This document shows positions 59,421-64,000 of a stretch of DNA of 64,000 nucleotides, one piece after another. This DNA comes from a virus. Its lineage: Duplodnaviria; Heunggongvirae; Uroviricota; Caudoviricetes. Position 1 is the first letter of the stretch, and each line of letters starts with the position of its first letter. Below the pieces are notes generated by a model. It was not told where the DNA came from, ran no database searches, and saw nothing but the letters and a program-made list of their open reading frames with translations. The stretch lies in the IMG/VR virus record IMGVR_UViG_3300045988_157791. One strand, given 5' to 3'. Position numbers and translations under genes: made by a program.

Positions 59421-59593
59421 AACTTAACAAATACCTTTATAAATATTGATTCGAACATATCAGACTATACTACAAACAGATTTTTTTGATAAGTATGTAG
59501 TAACTTATTGGTTAACTAGTAAACAATTGAAGTGATTACGACAATAGATTACAGTAAGGATTGCCTTGAAATGTACATTTTATAGAGGTTTTA

Positions 59594-60502
59594 ATGATTG
59601 GTAAGTTGTCTGATTCTTTGATTGAAAATAAATACAACGAATTTAGAGAAGAAATATCTTTACTTTTTGACTATTTAAATCAGATAAATGATACAACAAA
59701 GAAAAATATAAAACGTCTTCTTAAAGAAGTGGAGTATGCACAGAATCCAGATACTATTATTAATATTAATGAAACTATTAAGATTAAGTGTGGCACAACA
59801 TTAGCTCGCCATTTATGTTCAAACCCATATACAGGTTCAACATTAGAGATAGGTAACAGCGCCATTGATTTAGAAGAAAAGATAAGATTGTGTAATACTT
59901 TGAAAAATAAACAATATCAGTGGGTTATTACTGAAGCCTATGAGTTACTGGAAGACTATATTGAGGCAATATATGTCTATACTGTATGTGTTCGAAATGA
60001 TTTATGGTCCTCAAGTGATTTTGGTAAGGTTGAAGATGATGAAATTGGGAAAAGGGAAGTTTATTACAGATTATTAAAAGCAAAAAGTAACCCATCGAAA
60101 AAAATAACTAAAATTTTCAGAAATAAAATACCTGGCTTCAAAGAGATAGAAACAAACAACAAGATTGGCAAAAACTATCGCTTTAACATCAAGCTAATTG
60201 AACTACTAAGACATACAATAGTACATAATGGTGGACGATTCAACAACACAGAAAAATTTATAACTAAGGTCTTGGATGAATCTGAAATAAGCGGAAAAAA
60301 AAGAGTTATTGGAGAAAGAGTTGTTAGAAACTACATTGCTAAAGTACAAGAAGATGATATTGTAATGCTATTAGAAAGACCATCAGAAATTTTAGGTTCT
60401 TTTGGTTGGCATTTCAATAGAGCAAAATATTTACTAAGTGATATTTTAGAATACTCACTAATCATTAAAGAAGAACTAATATCATATCTAGATAATTATT
60501 AA
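59594..60502 (+). CDS. AT-rich hypothetical protein with an R-x4-H (HEPN-like) motif; possible abortive-infection protein
   Basis: About 30% GC gene in a 48-50% GC backbone; motif ELLRHTIVHNGG. Confidence 0.4.
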   Translation: MIGKLSDSLIENKYNEFREEISLLFDYLNQINDTTKKNIKRLLKEVEYAQNPDTIININETIKIKCGTTLARHLCSNPYTGSTLEIGNSAIDLEEKIRLCNTLKNKQYQWVITEAYELLEDYIEAIYVYTVCVRNDLWSSSDFGKVEDDEIGKREVYYRLLKAKSNPSKKITKIFRNKIPGFKEIETNNKIGKNYRFNIKLIELLRHTIVHNGGRFNNTEKFITKVLDESEISGKKRVIGERVVRNYIAKVQEDDIVMLLERPSEILGSFGWHFNRAKYLLSDILEYSLIIKEELISYLDNY

Positions 60503-60921
60503 TTAAAAGGGCAGAAGCTCCTTTGGTTATTGCGTTGGAAACTATATCATTACAATAATAAACGATGTTTTCAACGCATAAAACATCAGTGAATAAATTG
60601 ATGCTTGCTGTAACGATGGTACGCTACGTAATATCCGAGATTTATGAGGCTGATTACAGATAAGGACTTACATAGCACACAAAAACGTTGCGACTTATAA
60701 GAATATCTGCTGATATCAGACGCAACGTATGTTTTATATCAAATTATTACTTTATAGTAATAAACAATATTAAGTTGAAAAGCCATCATCAGCGGCAACC
60801 TTATTATGAACTTCAGCTAAATACTCAGCTGCCGCTATTTGTTGCTCTGCAAAAGAAGCGCCATGAGCTTCCATTGAACCAGCATAAAGCATTAGAGAAT
60901 GATGTAAATCTTTATTAAGCA

Positions 60922-61611
60922 TTATACGAGATAACACAATACTGGCACACCATTGCGTTCGGCTAATTTATTAACGCTGTAAAGAAACTCAACGACTTTG
61001 TCCTTATTCCCTGCCCACGATGGCAGCCGACCATTTCCAGAGGCGACATCCTTCGCTGAATGAATCTTATTCGCATGATGCATTCTGGTTTTAGCCTTAA
61101 TGTATCCCTGAAAGAACAGAAAGGCGATATACGCAATAATTGATATGCCTTTTGTTGGCCACGCAAAAAACAAAGCAGGAAAAAAGAGAAGAGTAGTTAT
61201 CATACCAATTTTTAGTGAAAGTTGAGCAATAATAAAAAGTATAAGCGCAATCCCGAGAGTCCACATAGTGAAAGGTACACCTTCAGTCTCTCCATTCAAG
61301 ATATACACACTATCGTCCATAGCTGCAAGGTGAACATATAAGAACACAACAGGGGTGATAAATGTTCGCACCTCTTTAAATCGTGTAATCATCTTGGCAA
61401 TCCAGTAAGCTAAAAGAACACTGGCAAATGACTCTGCAAGGATTTCGGCAACTATCGTGGATGTAACTTCAATAAAAATAAACGACAAGAGAAGATACAG
61501 GGTAATACAGTATCCAAAGTATATTGATTTATTGAATAGAATTTTCTTCACAAAAATTCCTGGTGAAAGAATCATTAATCGAAAATTATATAACAATCTA
61601 ATAACCTCCAA
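60922..61611 (-). CDS. multi-pass membrane protein (AT-rich)
   Basis: Several hydrophobic helices; low GC. Confidence 0.5.
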   Translation of the reverse strand: MEVIRLLYNFRLMILSPGIFVKKILFNKSIYFGYCITLYLLLSFIFIEVTSTIVAEILAESFASVLLAYWIAKMITRFKEVRTFITPVVFLYVHLAAMDDSVYILNGETEGVPFTMWTLGIALILFIIAQLSLKIGMITTLLFFPALFFAWPTKGISIIAYIAFLFFQGYIKAKTRMHHANKIHSAKDVASGNGRLPSWAGNKDKVVEFLYSVNKLAERNGVPVLCYLV

Positions 61612-61833
61612 ATTGTATCAACACAGTACGCTTCACCTCGCTGCTAGGCTGCAACTAGGAATAATCTCATTGTAAATCAAATGTAAAAATCCTTAAAGAT
61701 TCTTTTTAATTTGATTAAAATATGTCCTTGATAAACGGAAATTTCCTATACCTAAATGGAACACACTATATGCACGGATTAGTAATTGTAAGAAAATAAA
61801 CAATAATCAATGATGTTTTCATAAGGAAAGAAT

Positions 61834-62733
61834 ATGAACAAGGCCAGAAACCACCATTACCTTTCTCAATGCTATTTAAGAGGATTTACGAAAAATGGAG
61901 GGGTTAAATCAAATATAATAGCTTTTGATTTGAAGAAAAAAACAACTTTTGAGGCAAAGCCTCGAAATGTTGGCGGTATAAGAGATTTTAACAGAATAGA
62001 TATTGAGGGAGTCGATCAAAATATCCTTGAAAGTACATTGGCAAATTTCGAGGGTAATGTTGCAACTGAACTTAAAAACTTAAAACAGGGTATGCCTTTC
62101 TCTGGTCAAACTAAGGATATAATCCTTTCTTTCATTTCGTTACTGGCCGTCAGAACACCAGCTATGCGTGATCACATGGAATCACAAATAGTTAAAATGG
62201 TAGATATGGTCGCGAAAATGACAGCTTCAGATGAAGACAGATACAACGATACTATTCGAGAAGCTGCTTTTACTGTTGATGTATCATTTGAAAAGATAAA
62301 AAACTTTATTGGAGGCAGTCAATACTCTATTTCTGTCAAGCGTGAGTTTCTTATCGCTGCTGAAATGAAAATATCTCGAGCCATTGACAATGCACTTCAT
62401 TGTCGCGACTGGCGTCTCTTCCGTTCTACAGAAGAATCAGGAACTTTCATAACTTCAGATAATCCAGTAGGTCTGATGTGGACAGATGAAAGTGACGGAT
62501 CACCTGGTTTTTTGGTTGAAAATACATGTGTTCTTTTCCCTATATCCAAAGATATTATTTTGTTTGGAGACTACGGTGGTAGAACTGGTGAACATTATGC
62601 GAACAAAAATATAGCTTCACATTTTAATGCATGTGTCATTTCTAATGCAGTAGAAAGAGTATTTTCTGCAGATCGAACATTTAATTACATTAACGTAGAT
62701 GGTGTAATTAAGCAGGGAAATAACCTCGTGTAA
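61834..62733 (+). CDS. DUF4238-like protein (candidate single-gene antiphage protein)
   Basis: N-terminal HHYLSQCYLRGF resembles the HHY..Q.YL+.F signature I recall for DUF4238; low GC. Confidence 0.5.
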   Translation: MNKARNHHYLSQCYLRGFTKNGGVKSNIIAFDLKKKTTFEAKPRNVGGIRDFNRIDIEGVDQNILESTLANFEGNVATELKNLKQGMPFSGQTKDIILSFISLLAVRTPAMRDHMESQIVKMVDMVAKMTASDEDRYNDTIREAAFTVDVSFEKIKNFIGGSQYSISVKREFLIAAEMKISRAIDNALHCRDWRLFRSTEESGTFITSDNPVGLMWTDESDGSPGFLVENTCVLFPISKDIILFGDYGGRTGEHYANKNIASHFNACVISNAVERVFSADRTFNYINVDGVIKQGNNLV

Positions 62734-62764
62734 AAGTTTGATAGGGGCATATACGCCCCTATCA

Positions 62765-63319
62765 TTATTTTATTTTATCTTCTTCTAAACGAGAAAATTT
62801 AAATTGTTTATCGGTGATGGTGAGTAGTGTTACACCTTCCTTTTCGTGTAAAAAACCGGCACCGTTTGACACCATAATCAATCTATCCTTCCCTCGAAAG
62901 ATTTCATAATATTTACCACCTCCACAAGTTTTAGTTTCAATACAGTCCATGCCAGATACTGCTTCTCTGTTAAAAATACGATCTTTTGTAGCAACGGGTT
63001 TTCCGTACTCCTTTGTCAGCATTTCACTTATCTGGATGAATGTATACTTACCAACATTACTGGTTAATGACATTTCGACTTTTCCGTCGATCAGATTGCC
63101 ATTCGTATGCGGTTCTTTTTCAGTCGGGGTATTTTTATCTTGAAGAACAAACACTTCAACATTTTGTGTTAGCTTCTTGAATTGGGCTTTATAATTTTGT
63201 TCAAGTTCACTTTTATCTTTGCCTATTAACGTTAATTCATCTATTTCAGATTCGTTACACCCTGTTAGCGTTAACGCAATTATTAGAGATGCGAAAATAT
63301 TGAGATGGCACTTCTTCAT
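62765..63319 (-). CDS. lipoprotein (AT-rich, 184 aa)
   Basis: Signal peptide with lipobox LTGC. Confidence 0.5.
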   Translation of the reverse strand: MKKCHLNIFASLIIALTLTGCNESEIDELTLIGKDKSELEQNYKAQFKKLTQNVEVFVLQDKNTPTEKEPHTNGNLIDGKVEMSLTSNVGKYTFIQISEMLTKEYGKPVATKDRIFNREAVSGMDCIETKTCGGGKYYEIFRGKDRLIMVSNGAGFLHEKEGVTLLTITDKQFKFSRLEEDKIK

Positions 63320-63437
63320 TAATTTGTCTCCATGTTTAACTGCTGCGATCTAATCAGGAACATGAAGGCAGTCTAACGCTGCCTCTGATCAAAGCGATAA
63401 AACGATACGTGAATATAACTAAGTGTCAACAAAACAA

Positions 63438-63462
63438 AAAAGGGGCCGAAGCCCCTTTGAAT
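63438..63462. terminator. bidirectional hairpin terminator
   Basis: AGGGGCcgaaGCCCCT flanked by A-run and T-run. Confidence 0.6.
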
Positions 63463-63532
63463 TTTGCGCTGAAAAAAGTGTTGCTAGGATGTTAGCAAGC
63501 TATGGTTAAGAACGTCTGCCGTAATTGTCTAT

Positions 63533-63610
63533 CACAGCGTTGAGCGGTCTGGTTTATGTTAGCGGAGTCTTAATCTGGTTGATTAAAAGGCCAAACCGCT
63601 CAACGCTGTG
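63533..63610. other. perfect 16-bp inverted repeat enclosing a 46-nt loop, abutting the 3' end of tRNA-Ser
   Basis: CACAGCGTTGAGCGGT ... ACCGCTCAACGCTGTG. Confidence 0.5.
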
Positions 63611-63612
63611 TC

Positions 63613-63699
63613 TGGCGGAGAGTAATGGAATCGAACCATCATCGCTTGCGCAATGGGACGGTTTTCAAGACCGCTTGAGCACCATGCTCCCTACTCTCC
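63613..63699 (-). tRNA. tRNA-Ser (anticodon UGA), class II with long variable arm
   Basis: Folded by hand: 7-bp acceptor GGAGAGT/ACTCTCC, anticodon loop CUUGAAA, variable arm CATTGC-GCAA-GCGATG, T-loop GGTTCGATTCC, 3' GCCA; D-arm atypical. Confidence 0.6.
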
Positions 63700-63923
63700 G
63701 GCCGTTGTGGTGGCCGGTACTGAATCTCCGGCATACGGTGCAGCCAATTAGGACTACGGACGATCACCGCTCGCGAAAGGGAAGATTTGCGGCCGCATTT
63801 CCCTAACATCCAAGAAAGCTATCGCATCAGTCTGCGAATCCACCACAACGGTAAGATCACTACCTTTCGACCAGTCATTGTGCACATGAACGACGATTAA
63901 CCGTAATGATCTTATCGTTGTAT

Positions 63924-63999
63924 TGGTGCCGGTTAGCGGACTCGAACCGCTGACATCCTGCTTACAAGGCAGGCGCTCTACCAACTGAGCTAAACCGGC
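63924..63999 (-). tRNA. tRNA-Thr (anticodon UGU)
   Basis: Folded by hand: acceptor GCCGGTT/AACCGGC, D-arm GCTCAGTTGGTAGAGC, anticodon loop CUUGUAA, T-arm AGCGGTTCGAGTCCGCT, discriminator A plus CCA. Confidence 0.7.
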
Positions 64000-64000
64000 A

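Noticed and set aside
63525-63984. ORFs 63525-63806 (+) and 63754-63984 (-)
   Set aside because: They overlap tRNA genes and hairpin structures; the translations are not protein-like.
1-64000. T5-like lytic phage, suggested by tRNAs, nrdAB, DHFR, TS, FEN and multiple terminators
   Set aside because: The polymerase is DnaE-type rather than T5 family A, the FEN does not match T5 D15 as I recall it, and a RepFIB-type plasmid replicon with iterons is present; a phage-plasmid fits better.

Overview
The window reads as one mobile element with the gene content of an SSU5/pHCM2-type phage-plasmid (inference from gene content, not a database match). Almost all genes are on the minus strand. Backbone: a RepFIB-type repA flanked by iterons, DnaA boxes and a GATC cluster (37.9-40.1 kb); nucleotide metabolism (nrdA, nrdB, an expanded ThyA, DHFR, glutaredoxin, a P-loop kinase); replication and recombination genes (DnaE-type pol III alpha, DnaQ-like exonuclease, FEN, RecA-like, gp32-like SSB, SbcC/SbcD-like, RuvC-like, RNase H, CobS/CobT-like pair, CspA-like); two N6-adenine methyltransferases; and at least two tRNAs at the right edge. 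Embedded in this are a host-type metG-apbC(mrp) pair (7.6-10.9 kb) abutting a pre-truncated UmuD-prime-like gene and lambdoid-like early genes; an AT-rich accessory island (59.6-63.3 kb) with candidate defence genes next to a tyrosine recombinase and a YafO-like toxin module; a conserved promoter/leader motif recurring at least nine times; and two unusual non-coding regions (iteron-like array plus GT-skewed repeats at 4.7-6.1 kb; structured 0.58 kb region at 21.2-21.7 kb). All homology calls are made by eye from motifs and remembered sequences; no searches were run. The ORF track includes non-ATG starts, so several starts were re-placed using Shine-Dalgarno context.
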